The position numbers were made by a program, and so were the translations under genes. Shown here one piece after another: positions 10,680 to 19,981 of a DNA stretch of 64,000 nucleotides. Within the stretch, counting starts at the first letter, position 1, and every line of letters begins with the position of its first letter. The DNA comes from Patescibacteria group bacterium (GTDB taxonomy: Bacteria; Patescibacteriota; Patescibacteriia; PEXW01). The notes beneath the pieces are model-generated. The model ran no database searches. It saw only the letters and a program-made list of their open reading frames with translations, and was not told the origin of the DNA. The stretch spans positions 327,126-391,125 of the forward strand of contig JBAZBR010000001.1 of the NCBI GenBank assembly GCA_041671325.1, in the 5' to 3' direction.

Positions 10680-11483
10680 ATGCCAAATTTAAAGTTTCGT
10701 TTATCAACAATAGTAATACTGATCGGAGTAATTATTTTTTTTGTAATTTTAAGTTTAACCGGTGCTATTCAAATTGTTCAAAAAATTAGCCGACCGATTT
10801 TATTGCCAATTGCCAGACTGGCAAGTACTTCAACTAATAAAATCGGTGAACTTTTTAAAGGCCGCGAAGAAAAAGAAAACCTGATGACAGAAAATAAAAT
10901 TCTCCAGCAAAGGGTTATAGACTTGGAAATCAATCAGGCCAGCTTAAATCGTCAACTTTCAGAACTACAGATTTTAAAATCAGAAGAAGAGTTTCTAAAC
11001 AGAAATAAGCTTAAGGGAATACCAGTCAGGGTAATCGGCCGTTCACAAACTTCTGCCCAGCAGATTTTATTGGATGCCGGCAAACAGCAGGGGATTATCA
11101 TTGGTTCGCCAGTTTTAGCCGTTAATGGCGTATTAATTGGCATAATTTATGAGGTTGGCGAAGCTACCAGCAGCTTGAAATTATTGACCTCGGACGGCAT
11201 GAATGTAGCAGCCAGAGTTGAAAACGAAACTAGTAGTCCTGGGATTATTAACGGCGAAAAAGGCGTGGGCATTCGCTTAAATTTAGTACCTCAAAACCAA
11301 GTTTTAAAAGAAGCTCAGACTATCGTGACTTCAGATTTAGATCCAAAAGTCCCTAATGGCTTATTAATTGGCGCTATTTCTAAAATTGAACAGAATCCAG
11401 GCGCTTTATTCCAAAGCGCTTCAGTAATTCCATCTATTTCTTATGATAAATTGAATGTCCTAATGGTTTTGAACAACCAATGA
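10680..11483 (+). CDS. mreC: Rod-shape-determining protein MreC.
   Basis: N-terminal TM helix, a coiled-coil segment, then a beta-rich C-terminal domain. It occupies the position between mreB and mreD/PBP2. Confidence 0.7.
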   Translation: MPNLKFRLSTIVILIGVIIFFVILSLTGAIQIVQKISRPILLPIARLASTSTNKIGELFKGREEKENLMTENKILQQRVIDLEINQASLNRQLSELQILKSEEEFLNRNKLKGIPVRVIGRSQTSAQQILLDAGKQQGIIIGSPVLAVNGVLIGIIYEVGEATSSLKLLTSDGMNVAARVENETSSPGIINGEKGVGIRLNLVPQNQVLKEAQTIVTSDLDPKVPNGLLIGAISKIEQNPGALFQSASVIPSISYDKLNVLMVLNNQ

Positions 11484-12013
11484 AAAACTTTATAAAAAAC
11501 TTAATTTTTGTAATCATTTTTTTCGTCATTCAGATGGGTTTTTCAAACATTTTTTCAATTGGCTGGGTTTTAAACTTGCTTGGGACGTTCTTAATTATTG
11601 CCGTCTGGACGAATAATCATAGCATTATAAAAAACCAAATAATACCTTCTGCCATATTGGTTGACCTCATGCAAAGTTCCCGTTTTCCAATTTTAACCGT
11701 AACCCTTCTGGGCATTTGGTTGGTAGTTTCAATCGTAGAAAATCAATGGTTCACCAACCATTCAGGTGCATCATTATTCGGTTTGGCTTTAATAGGTGAA
11801 GCAGTCAGGATTTTTTTTACCTGGTCCTTAATTGGCCTGGCTTATTTGTTAAATTTTTCGAATACCAGGCCAAATTCAACCTGGTTTACCAAGCAAATTA
11901 TTACAATAGCTTTGATTGAAATTATTTTGGTATTTTTTGGCGGTATTTTTGCTAGATGGTTTAGTAAAAAAGTAATCCAAAAATTTTCTTATGGTTCAGC
12001 CCAATCCATTTGA
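11480..12013 (+). CDS. mreD: MreD-like polytopic membrane protein.
   Basis: 177 aa and very hydrophobic, sitting between mreC and PBP2. The assignment is by position and topology. Confidence 0.5.
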   Translation: MKNFIKNLIFVIIFFVIQMGFSNIFSIGWVLNLLGTFLIIAVWTNNHSIIKNQIIPSAILVDLMQSSRFPILTVTLLGIWLVVSIVENQWFTNHSGASLFGLALIGEAVRIFFTWSLIGLAYLLNFSNTRPNSTWFTKQIITIALIEIILVFFGGIFARWFSKKVIQKFSYGSAQSI

Positions 12014-13943
12014 AATTTTAAGCGATTCAAATTTTGGGAAATCAAAGATTATCAAATCCTATAAAAGTTTTGAGTTCAGCGATTCAACTTTAGAATCGAA
12101 AAACAGCGACTCACCAACTTTAAAACAGCAATTTTTGCCAAGCCGGATAAAACTTGTCGGTTATTTATTTTTAATTTTAATCATTATTTTGCTAGTCAGA
12201 GGTTTTTGGTTGCAATTAGCCAAAGGTATTCAATATCGTGATTCGGCAGAAAATAACCGATTAAGAATTGTCAGTACGCCATCCCCCCGAGGGATTATTT
12301 TTGACCGTAATGGGAAAAAATTAGTAGAAAATATTGGTGAATTCACTTTAGGGATTATTCCAGCTGATTTGCAAAAAGATCCAATTTTAAAGGAGAAACA
12401 GTTGTTGAAAATTTCTAAAAATTCAAAGATTCCTGTTGAAGAAATTTTACAGCCACTTAAAACCGTAAAAAGTACCAGTACGGATTTATTAACTATTAAG
12501 GAACATATTAATTACGATGAAGCTTTAAAATTAAAAATAAATTTTAAAGATGAAACAGCGGTAAAGGTTGAAGTCACGCCCAGGCGGCATTATCTAGATA
12601 GTTTAATTTTCAGCCAGTTGATCGGTTATACCGCAAAAATATCTGATCAGGAGTGGGCAAAACTCAGTAAACAAGAAAATAATGATTACCGATTTAATGA
12701 TTTAATCGGTAAAACAGGTCTGGAATACTTTTATGAGAATCAATTGCGGGGGATCAGTGGAAAATCTTCGGTTGAGGTAAACGCCCAAAAGCGCGAACAA
12801 AAGATAATTGCTGCTGAAGATCCTGTGCCTGGAAAAAATTTAGTTTTAACCGTCGATTCAAATTTGCAAAAGTTGCTTTATGATGCCGCAAATTCAGCGG
12901 TAAAAAATTCAAAAAATTTCGGCGCTACTGTGGTGGCTATAGATCCAAGGGACGGTGGCGTACTTGCAATGGTTAGCGTACCCGGTTATGACAATAATGC
13001 TTTTGTTTCCGGAATCACTCAAGAAAATTATAAAAAATTGGTAGATGATCCAAAGAAACCGTTGTATTTTCGGGCAATTGCCGGCGAATATCCTTCTGGT
13101 TCTACTATTAAACCAGTAATAGCCATAGCTGCATTGGATCAAGGAATTATCACACCCCAAACCACAGTTTTAAGTACCGGAGGAATTAAAATTGATAAAT
13201 GGTTTTTTCCAGATTGGAAAGCCGGCGGGCACGGGGTAACTAATGTCTATAAGGCTATTGCAGATTCAGTAAATACTTTTTTTTACACAATTGGCGGCGG
13301 TACAGAGTCTTTTGACGGGCTAGGTATTGATCGTATGACTCAATATGCCCGTGCTTTTGGCTTAGGTTCCCAAACAGGAATTGATTTACCCGGGGAAAGG
13401 CCTGGATTCCTGCCTAGCAAGGCTTGGAAAGAACAAACCAAAGGTGAAGCTTGGTATATTGGCGATACTTACCATTTTGCCATAGGCCAAGGTGATTTAT
13501 TGGTGACTCCATTGCAAATGGCATTAACTACAGCCACCGTGGCAAATGGAGGAGTTTTGTATAAACCGCATTTAGCTAAAAATTTTCAAGATAATAATGG
13601 TAATATTATTCAAGAAGTCCAACCCGAGATTATCCGTAAGCAAATCGCTAAGCCCGAAGATTTCAAAGTCGTTCAGGCTGCCATGCGTTTGGCTGTCAGC
13701 TCTGGGAGCGCTCGGGGCCTGCAAGCTCTTTCAGTCCCAGCCTGTGGAAAAACCGGCACTGCCCAATTTGGCAACGCTAATAAAACCCATGCTTGGTTTA
13801 TAGGTTTTGCGCCTTGTGAAAATTCGGAAATTGCCATCGCCGTGCTGGTTGAAGGCGGCGGAGAGGGTAATGTCCAAGCCTTGCCAATTGCTAGGAAAGG
13901 TTTTGAATATTGGTTTAGCCAGGCTAACAAGAACCGAGAATAG
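11991..13943 (+). CDS. mrdA: Penicillin-binding protein 2 (elongasome transpeptidase).
   Basis: SGSTIKP (the SxxK motif), KTGTAQ (KTG) and an N-terminal TM helix. The N-terminal start is uncertain. Confidence 0.85.
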   Translation: MVQPNPFEILSDSNFGKSKIIKSYKSFEFSDSTLESKNSDSPTLKQQFLPSRIKLVGYLFLILIIILLVRGFWLQLAKGIQYRDSAENNRLRIVSTPSPRGIIFDRNGKKLVENIGEFTLGIIPADLQKDPILKEKQLLKISKNSKIPVEEILQPLKTVKSTSTDLLTIKEHINYDEALKLKINFKDETAVKVEVTPRRHYLDSLIFSQLIGYTAKISDQEWAKLSKQENNDYRFNDLIGKTGLEYFYENQLRGISGKSSVEVNAQKREQKIIAAEDPVPGKNLVLTVDSNLQKLLYDAANSAVKNSKNFGATVVAIDPRDGGVLAMVSVPGYDNNAFVSGITQENYKKLVDDPKKPLYFRAIAGEYPSGSTIKPVIAIAALDQGIITPQTTVLSTGGIKIDKWFFPDWKAGGHGVTNVYKAIADSVNTFFYTIGGGTESFDGLGIDRMTQYARAFGLGSQTGIDLPGERPGFLPSKAWKEQTKGEAWYIGDTYHFAIGQGDLLVTPLQMALTTATVANGGVLYKPHLAKNFQDNNGNIIQEVQPEIIRKQIAKPEDFKVVQAAMRLAVSSGSARGLQALSVPACGKTGTAQFGNANKTHAWFIGFAPCENSEIAIAVLVEGGGEGNVQALPIARKGFEYWFSQANKNRE

Positions 13944-14030
13944 CCTTTAAAACCTCATGTTTTTAAGGAGTTGACAGATTTTCAGATATTGCATATTCTG
14001 TCTACCATACTAATTAATTTTAAGCTTTAT

Positions 14031-14486
14031 ATGGATAAACAATTTGTTACGCCTGAGGGTTTTGAGAAGTTAAAAAGCGAAATCCAGTTTTTAAAATCTG
14101 AAAAAAGGAAAGAACTCGCAGACCGTATACAAGAAGCTAAAGAACTAGGCGATCTTTCGGAAAATGCGGAATATCAAGAAGCAAAAAATGAACAGTCTTT
14201 TGTTGAAGGCCGGATTGTTGAATTAGAAAACATTATCAAAAACGCCGAAGTTATTTTACCAACCAACTCAAATATTATTCAAGTTGGTTCGACTGTCGAA
14301 GTTCTGGTAAATGATAAACCAAGGGTCTTTTGCATTGTTGGTTCAAACGAAGCGGATCCGGCCAATGGCAGGGTTTCTAACGTTTCACCTTTTGGCCATG
14401 CTTTTTTAGGTAAAAAGGTGGGTGATTCTGCGGTTATTAATACCCCGACTGGTGCTGTAGAAGCCAAAATAGTCAAAATAAAATAG
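14031..14486 (+). CDS. greA: Transcription elongation factor GreA.
   Basis: N-terminal coiled coil (GDLSENAEYQEAK) plus a C-terminal FKBP-like domain. The start was moved from 13971 to the ATG at 14031 (MDKQFVTPEG). Confidence 0.85.
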   Translation: MDKQFVTPEGFEKLKSEIQFLKSEKRKELADRIQEAKELGDLSENAEYQEAKNEQSFVEGRIVELENIIKNAEVILPTNSNIIQVGSTVEVLVNDKPRVFCIVGSNEADPANGRVSNVSPFGHAFLGKKVGDSAVINTPTGAVEAKIVKIK

Positions 14487-14544
14487 TTAAATATTAAATA
14501 GCCAAAACATTGTCATTTAGCAGAATAAATGATAAATTTTTACT

Positions 14545-16014
14545 ATGAAATACGATATTAACGACGAGCGAAGTGTTAGGCTTAAACGCTTGGAAGAGAT
14601 TAGAAAAGCCGGCATCAATCCTTATCCAAACAATTGCGCCAAAAGTTTTTCAATTGAAAAAATTCTTGTTGGTTTCAAAGAAGGTGATAAAACATTAAAT
14701 GCGGTCGGCCGGATTCGTGGCTTAAGAAGGCATGGTGGTTCGACTTTTATAGACCTGCAGGATCAAAGTGGGAACATCCAAATTTTCGTCAGCAAAAGTG
14801 ATTTGGAAAATAAGTATGAAATACTTGTTGAACGGTTGGATATTGGAGATTTCATACAAATCAGTGGTAAACCCTTTTTGACAAAAACTGGCCAAAAGAC
14901 TTTAAGAGCGCTTGAGGTTTTTTTGTTGAGCAAAGCCTTGCGGCCTTTACCAGATAAAATCCATGGCTTAACTGATGTGGAACAGCGCTACCGGCAAAAG
15001 GAAATTGATTTGTTATCAAATCCAGAATCAAAATTTACCGCTGAAATCAGGATAAAAATGCTGAAGGCAATGCGCCAATTTCTGGAAGAAGAAAATTTTA
15101 TTGAAGTTGAAACCCCGGTTTTACAAACTGTTGCTGGCGGAGCAACGGCTAAGCCCTTTATTACCCACCATAACGCCTTAAATGCAGACTTGTATTTAAG
15201 AGTCTCGCCTGAGCTGTATTTAAAACGCTTAATCATTGGCGGTTTTGAAAAAGTTTATGAAGTTGCCAGGTGTTTTAGGAATGAAGGCTTAAGCCCTCAG
15301 CACAATCCCGAATTCACCCAAATAGAATTTTATGCGGCTTACTGGGATTACCGGCAATTAATGGATTTTTGCGAAAAATTGGTCATTTCTACTTTTGAAA
15401 AAGTAAAGGGTAAACTGAATTTTGAATTTGATGGGAAAATGTTGGATTTTGAACCACCATTTGCAAGAGTTTCATATATTGAAGCCATCAAAAAAGCAAC
15501 CGGGATAGATGTCCTAGAAATATCAGATAAGGACTTACGGGCTACAATAAAAAAACTCGGTATAGAGGTTGATAAAAAAATGGGTCGGGGGAAATTAATA
15601 GATGAACTATGGAAAAGCAAAGTCAGGCCAAATGTCCATCATCCAACCTTTATTTACGATTATCCCGCTGAATTGTCGCCTTTGGCTAAAAGAAAAGCTG
15701 AAAATTCAAAAATAGTTGAAATGTTTCAACTAGTGATTTCTGGGGCTGAAGTGGTTAAGGCCTTTACTGAATTAAACGACCCAATTGACCAGGCACTACG
15801 CTTTCAAGAGCAAGAGGCTTTAAAAAAGCAAGGTGATGAGGAAGCCCAAGGCACAGATCCAATTTTTGTCGAGGCAATGGAATACGGCATGCCCCCAACG
15901 GCAGGCGCCGGCATTGGCATAGACCGTTTAGCCGCGATTTTAAGCAATAGCCATTCAATTAAAGAAGTTATTTTATTCCCGACTTTAAGGCCAGAAAATA
16001 AGAATAAAAAATGA
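14545..16014 (+). CDS. lysS: Lysyl-tRNA synthetase, class II.
   Basis: N-terminal OB-fold anticodon-binding domain and class-II motifs (FRNEG, GIGIDRL). Confidence 0.9.
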   Translation: MKYDINDERSVRLKRLEEIRKAGINPYPNNCAKSFSIEKILVGFKEGDKTLNAVGRIRGLRRHGGSTFIDLQDQSGNIQIFVSKSDLENKYEILVERLDIGDFIQISGKPFLTKTGQKTLRALEVFLLSKALRPLPDKIHGLTDVEQRYRQKEIDLLSNPESKFTAEIRIKMLKAMRQFLEEENFIEVETPVLQTVAGGATAKPFITHHNALNADLYLRVSPELYLKRLIIGGFEKVYEVARCFRNEGLSPQHNPEFTQIEFYAAYWDYRQLMDFCEKLVISTFEKVKGKLNFEFDGKMLDFEPPFARVSYIEAIKKATGIDVLEISDKDLRATIKKLGIEVDKKMGRGKLIDELWKSKVRPNVHHPTFIYDYPAELSPLAKRKAENSKIVEMFQLVISGAEVVKAFTELNDPIDQALRFQEQEALKKQGDEEAQGTDPIFVEAMEYGMPPTAGAGIGIDRLAAILSNSHSIKEVILFPTLRPENKNKK

Positions 16015-16571
16015 ATTTGCCTTCAAGAACTGATGCCTTAAAAATTTTAGATAAATGGGTTAAAAATCCAAATTTAAAAAAACATATGTTAGCCGTAGAA
16101 GGAGTAATGCGGAGTTATGCCAAAATTTTCAAAGAAGATGAAGAATATTGGGGGCAAGTTGGTTTATTGCACGATTTTGATTATGAAAGATATCCAGTTC
16201 TAAAAGACCATCCTTTTAAAGGCGTAGAGGAACTTAAAAGGCTTGGTTATCCTGAAAATTTTTTAAAAGCTATCTTGGCCCATGCAGAACATACGGGTGA
16301 ACCAAGAAACACATTGTTAAAGAAGGCCATTTTCGCAGTAGATGAATTATCAGGCTTTATCATTGCGGTCGCCTTAGTCAGGCCGACTAAAAAGCTTTCG
16401 GAAGTAAACATTGAAGCAGTCATGAAAAAATTAAAGGAAAAAAGTTTTGCCAGTAAAATAAATCGTGAAGAAATATTTAAAAGCGCCCAAGAATTGGGAA
16501 TTGAATTTTCAGAGCACATTAATAACGTTTTAAATAGCTTAAAGTCAATACATAGCGAACTGGGCTTATGA
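16011..16571 (+). CDS. HD-domain phosphohydrolase.
   Basis: H...HD motif (HMLAVE ... LLHDFD). Confidence 0.6.
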   Translation: MNLPSRTDALKILDKWVKNPNLKKHMLAVEGVMRSYAKIFKEDEEYWGQVGLLHDFDYERYPVLKDHPFKGVEELKRLGYPENFLKAILAHAEHTGEPRNTLLKKAIFAVDELSGFIIAVALVRPTKKLSEVNIEAVMKKLKEKSFASKINREEIFKSAQELGIEFSEHINNVLNSLKSIHSELGL

Positions 16572-17860
16572 TAGATTATAAAGATTTTATAAAAAATTCA
16601 GATAGATATTTTAATGCGTACAGAAAACGTGGCGGTTTGGCTTTGGAAAAAACCGCAAAATCTACCCTTAAAAAAATCCAAGAAACTCAAAAGCCTAATC
16701 TACTTACTGAATTAGAGAAATACCAAAGCGAAATTAACCAGGCAAACAAGCAAATAACCGCTTTAGATCCAGTTAATAAAAAAAAGAAAATCATTGAACT
16801 TAAAAAACTTTCAGACAAAATCAGTAAATTAAAGACTGCAGCCAGACAACAACATGAAATAATCACTAAATCAATAAAAAACCTGCCAAATATTTTGCAG
16901 GCAGATGTTCCGCCAGGAATTGATGCAAGTTCAAATAAGGTATTAAGAAAAGTAGGGGATAAGCCTAAAATCCAAAATCCCAAAGATTATTTAGCTTTAA
17001 GTGAGAAATTAGAAATTATTGACATTGAACGTGCGGCTAAAGTTTCTGGCTCAAGGTTTGGTTATATTAAAGCGGAAGCGGCTTTATTGGAATTTGCCCT
17101 GATTCAATATAGCTTTAGTAAATTAATAAAACAGGGTTTTACCCCGATTGTGCCGCCTGTAATCATTAACCAAGAATTTATGGAAGGCATGGGTTATTTG
17201 GCCCAAGGCGGTGAAGAAGAAGTCTACCATTTAGTTAAGGATAACCAGTATTTAGTCGGTACAGCTGAACAATCAGTGGGCCCGTATTTTGCCAATGAAT
17301 TAATTCTTGAAAAAGACTTACCAAAAAAGTTCATTGCTTTTTCTTCATGTTTTCGGCGTGAAGCTGGAAGCCACGGTAAAGACACAAAGGGCATTTTACG
17401 CGTGCACCAATTTGATAAATTGGAAATGTTCGTATTTTGCAAACCAGAAGATTCTGAATCACAGCACCAAAAACTTTTAAAATTTGGGGAAGAATTGGTG
17501 AAGGGTTTGGGCCTGCCATATCAAGTTGTGCAATTATGCGCGGGGGACCTGGGTTTCCCATCCTCTAAGACTTACGATATCGAATGCTGGATGCCTGGCC
17601 AAAACCAAGGTAAAGGCGAATATCGTGAGACCCATTCAACATCTAATACCACGGATTTTCAGGCCCGTGCACTGAATATCCGTTTTAAAGCTAAAGATGG
17701 AAAAAATTGTCATTTGCATATGATAAATGGGACGGCTTTTGCTATAGGCAGGATTTTAATTGCCATATTGGAGAATTACCAGCAACCTAATGGCGATATT
17801 TTGATACCTGGGGCTTTACAGCCGTTTATGCATGGAATCAGTAAAATTACAAAAAAGTAA
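16568..17860 (+). CDS. serS: Seryl-tRNA synthetase.
   Basis: N-terminal coiled-coil arm, and FRREAGSHGKDTKGILRVHQFDKLEM, which is class-II motif 2. Confidence 0.9.
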   Translation: MIDYKDFIKNSDRYFNAYRKRGGLALEKTAKSTLKKIQETQKPNLLTELEKYQSEINQANKQITALDPVNKKKKIIELKKLSDKISKLKTAARQQHEIITKSIKNLPNILQADVPPGIDASSNKVLRKVGDKPKIQNPKDYLALSEKLEIIDIERAAKVSGSRFGYIKAEAALLEFALIQYSFSKLIKQGFTPIVPPVIINQEFMEGMGYLAQGGEEEVYHLVKDNQYLVGTAEQSVGPYFANELILEKDLPKKFIAFSSCFRREAGSHGKDTKGILRVHQFDKLEMFVFCKPEDSESQHQKLLKFGEELVKGLGLPYQVVQLCAGDLGFPSSKTYDIECWMPGQNQGKGEYRETHSTSNTTDFQARALNIRFKAKDGKNCHLHMINGTAFAIGRILIAILENYQQPNGDILIPGALQPFMHGISKITKK

Positions 17861-17863
17861 ACA

Positions 17864-18679
17864 ATGGAAAAGAGGTTGCTGGATAAAAAGTATTACAATT
17901 TGCAGTACTTAGGTTCTAAGCGTGGCCATTGGCTGTTAAGGCATCCAAAATCAGTTTTAGCAATATTTGTTTTTTTTATAATCGCAGTTATTTATTTATT
18001 TTATGGTCTGCCTTCCTGGCAGATTAAAAAAGTTAAAATTAGCGGTGATTATAATTTTTCCGCAGCAGAGCTAAAAGATTTGACCTTGAGGCAAATGAAA
18101 GCCAGGTGGCTCTTGTTTTTTAAGCAGGACAAGCTTTGGGGATTTGATAAAAACGCTTACCAAAAACGATTAAAAGAAAGGTGGATTTTTTCTAAACTAG
18201 AAGTTTCTAAATCAATGCCTGATACTTTAATTCTTAAAGTTATTGAACAAAAGCCTAATTTTATTTTAAAGATTAACGACAAAATAATTGGAATTGACAG
18301 TGCTGGCATTCTGTCAAATTTTTTAATTCCAAATACAAACCAATCAGCCATTGAATTGCAATTAGAAACCTTACCGGAAAATATTTCTTTAGGCCAAAAT
18401 ATTGTTTCCAAAGCAGATATAAGTTTTTTAAATCAGTTTACTGAAGCCATAACTGGACAAAAAGAAAAAAAATTGACAATTCAATCTATACTGATTAAAA
18501 ATTCTCCTGATCGAACAGCGGTCATAAAGTTGATAGGGGAGAGGGAAATTAAGGTTGATCGCTCAAGTTCGGTTCAAAGGCAAATTGATGCTTTGATTTT
18601 AGCCTATTCAGAAAAAATAAAAAATAAAAATTTTCAATATATAGACGTAACTGTCCCTTCAAGAGTTTATTACAAATAA
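17864..18679 (+). CDS. ftsQ: FtsQ/DivIB-like cell division protein (POTRA domain).
   Basis: Short cytoplasmic N-terminus, one TM helix, then the POTRA-like stretch IKKVKISGDYNFSAAELKDL. Confidence 0.55.
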   Translation: MEKRLLDKKYYNLQYLGSKRGHWLLRHPKSVLAIFVFFIIAVIYLFYGLPSWQIKKVKISGDYNFSAAELKDLTLRQMKARWLLFFKQDKLWGFDKNAYQKRLKERWIFSKLEVSKSMPDTLILKVIEQKPNFILKINDKIIGIDSAGILSNFLIPNTNQSAIELQLETLPENISLGQNIVSKADISFLNQFTEAITGQKEKKLTIQSILIKNSPDRTAVIKLIGEREIKVDRSSSVQRQIDALILAYSEKIKNKNFQYIDVTVPSRVYYK

Positions 18680-18682
18680 CTT

Positions 18683-19129
18683 ATGTTACTTTCAGTTCAT
18701 GTTTTAGCCGGCTCGACAATTTCTTTAGCAATAGGTAATCCTGTCTTAAGCGCGCCAATATGTTTTGCGACACATTTTATTCTAGATGCTTTGCCACACT
18801 GGAATTATCCCATCCCAAAAAAATATACCCATAGCTTGAAAACCTATTATAAATTTTTTGGACCAGATCTGGTATTAACCATATTAATCGAAATTATCCT
18901 TTTAACTTTATTTAGAAGATATTGGTATTTCATCTTATGGGGTAGTTTTTGGTCAGCTTTGCCAGACTACTTAACTCTCTACAAAAATAAAAAACCCTAT
19001 AAAACGCTTTTAAAGGGTTATTTCAAATTCCACGATAAAGTACAGTTTGAGGTAGATAAAGCTTCTGGAATCGCACTACAGAGCCTTACAGTGGGGGTTT
19101 TGATAGTAATATTATCGGCTATTATCTAG
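18683..19129 (+). CDS. Small polytopic membrane protein, possibly a YdjM/DUF457-like membrane metal-dependent hydrolase.
   Basis: 148 aa and hydrophobic, with His/Asp motifs (HFILDALPHW). Confidence 0.4.
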   Translation: MLLSVHVLAGSTISLAIGNPVLSAPICFATHFILDALPHWNYPIPKKYTHSLKTYYKFFGPDLVLTILIEIILLTLFRRYWYFILWGSFWSALPDYLTLYKNKKPYKTLLKGYFKFHDKVQFEVDKASGIALQSLTVGVLIVILSAII

Positions 19130-19253
19130 ATTAAAGTTAATTGAGCTTTATAAGGTTATTTGATACTTATGTGTCGTCTAAGATATATTGTACGACAGTC
19201 AATTAGTATTAATATTTTTATTAAGCAACCCCCTACCCTAAGATTTTTACACA

Positions 19254-19288
19254 TAAAAAAATTCACCGCCTCAATACGAAGCGGTGAA
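19254..19288 (-). terminator. Rho-independent terminator for the 19322-19810 gene.
   Basis: Minus-strand hairpin TTCACCGC-N11-GCGGTGAA followed by TTTTTTT. An adjacent tandem duplication of GCGGTGAAAAG allows an alternative stem. Confidence 0.6.
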
Positions 19289-19321
19289 AAGCGGTGAAAA
19301 GTTTATTACTGAATTTTGGTT

Positions 19322-19810
19322 TTATGAAACCGGCTCGGTAAATGTCGTATCTACGGCAATAAGACTGTCAGCTATATTTACTTGGTCCAAAAGTCTAATT
19401 TGAGTCGAATCAAGAGGAAAGCCTGCATCTCGCTTTATTGCGATCATGGCTCCAATATTCGTCTTTTGCCAAAATTCCCGACAATAAATCTGATCAGCAA
19501 AGAGCCAAAGGTCATAAAGTCTTCCGTCTCGGTCATAAGTGGATATGCTGATTTTATTCATAGCCGGCCATGTTGTGATTTGTGAAATAAATAACGGCTG
19601 CTCCCATTTTTCGTCAGGCAAGGGTATGAAATTATCAGCTTTAACACGCCAGGCAAATCTCCAAAAATCCGACCGATCACTCACTTGCCTCCAATCAAGT
19701 TCACGAGTGATGCTTAAAATGCTTGGTTTCTCAGGAGATAATTGAAATACGAATATTAGAGCAAGAACAGCAACAATAAACGCAACTACTGCGGTAGTAG
19801 ACCTTCTCAT
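19322..19810 (-). CDS. Hypothetical exported or membrane-anchored protein.
   Basis: N-terminal hydrophobic segment (AVVAFIVAVLALIFV), 162 aa. GC is noticeably higher than the flanks. It has its own terminator. Confidence 0.55.
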   Translation of the reverse strand: MRRSTTAVVAFIVAVLALIFVFQLSPEKPSILSITRELDWRQVSDRSDFWRFAWRVKADNFIPLPDEKWEQPLFISQITTWPAMNKISISTYDRDGRLYDLWLFADQIYCREFWQKTNIGAMIAIKRDAGFPLDSTQIRLLDQVNIADSLIAVDTTFTEPVS

Positions 19811-19981
19811 AGCCTATTCTCCTTTTAGGATTCTCTTAATTTTGTCAATTTACAAACGGTAAGACTGTCTGGCCTTAAACTAATATTAACGTGAAAATAA
19901 GTCAATTCAGTTTATATCTAAAAAGCGTTAGTTATTACTAACATGGGTACTAAGCTAAATCTAAAAAGTTCTATGAGACTT

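Noticed and set aside
19322-19810. Calling the GC-rich genes (19.3 kb, 52.1 kb, 62.0 kb) a genomic island or mobile element.
   Set aside because: No integrase, transposase, direct repeats or tRNA anchor are visible. Each is a single gene, so only a compositional anomaly is reported.
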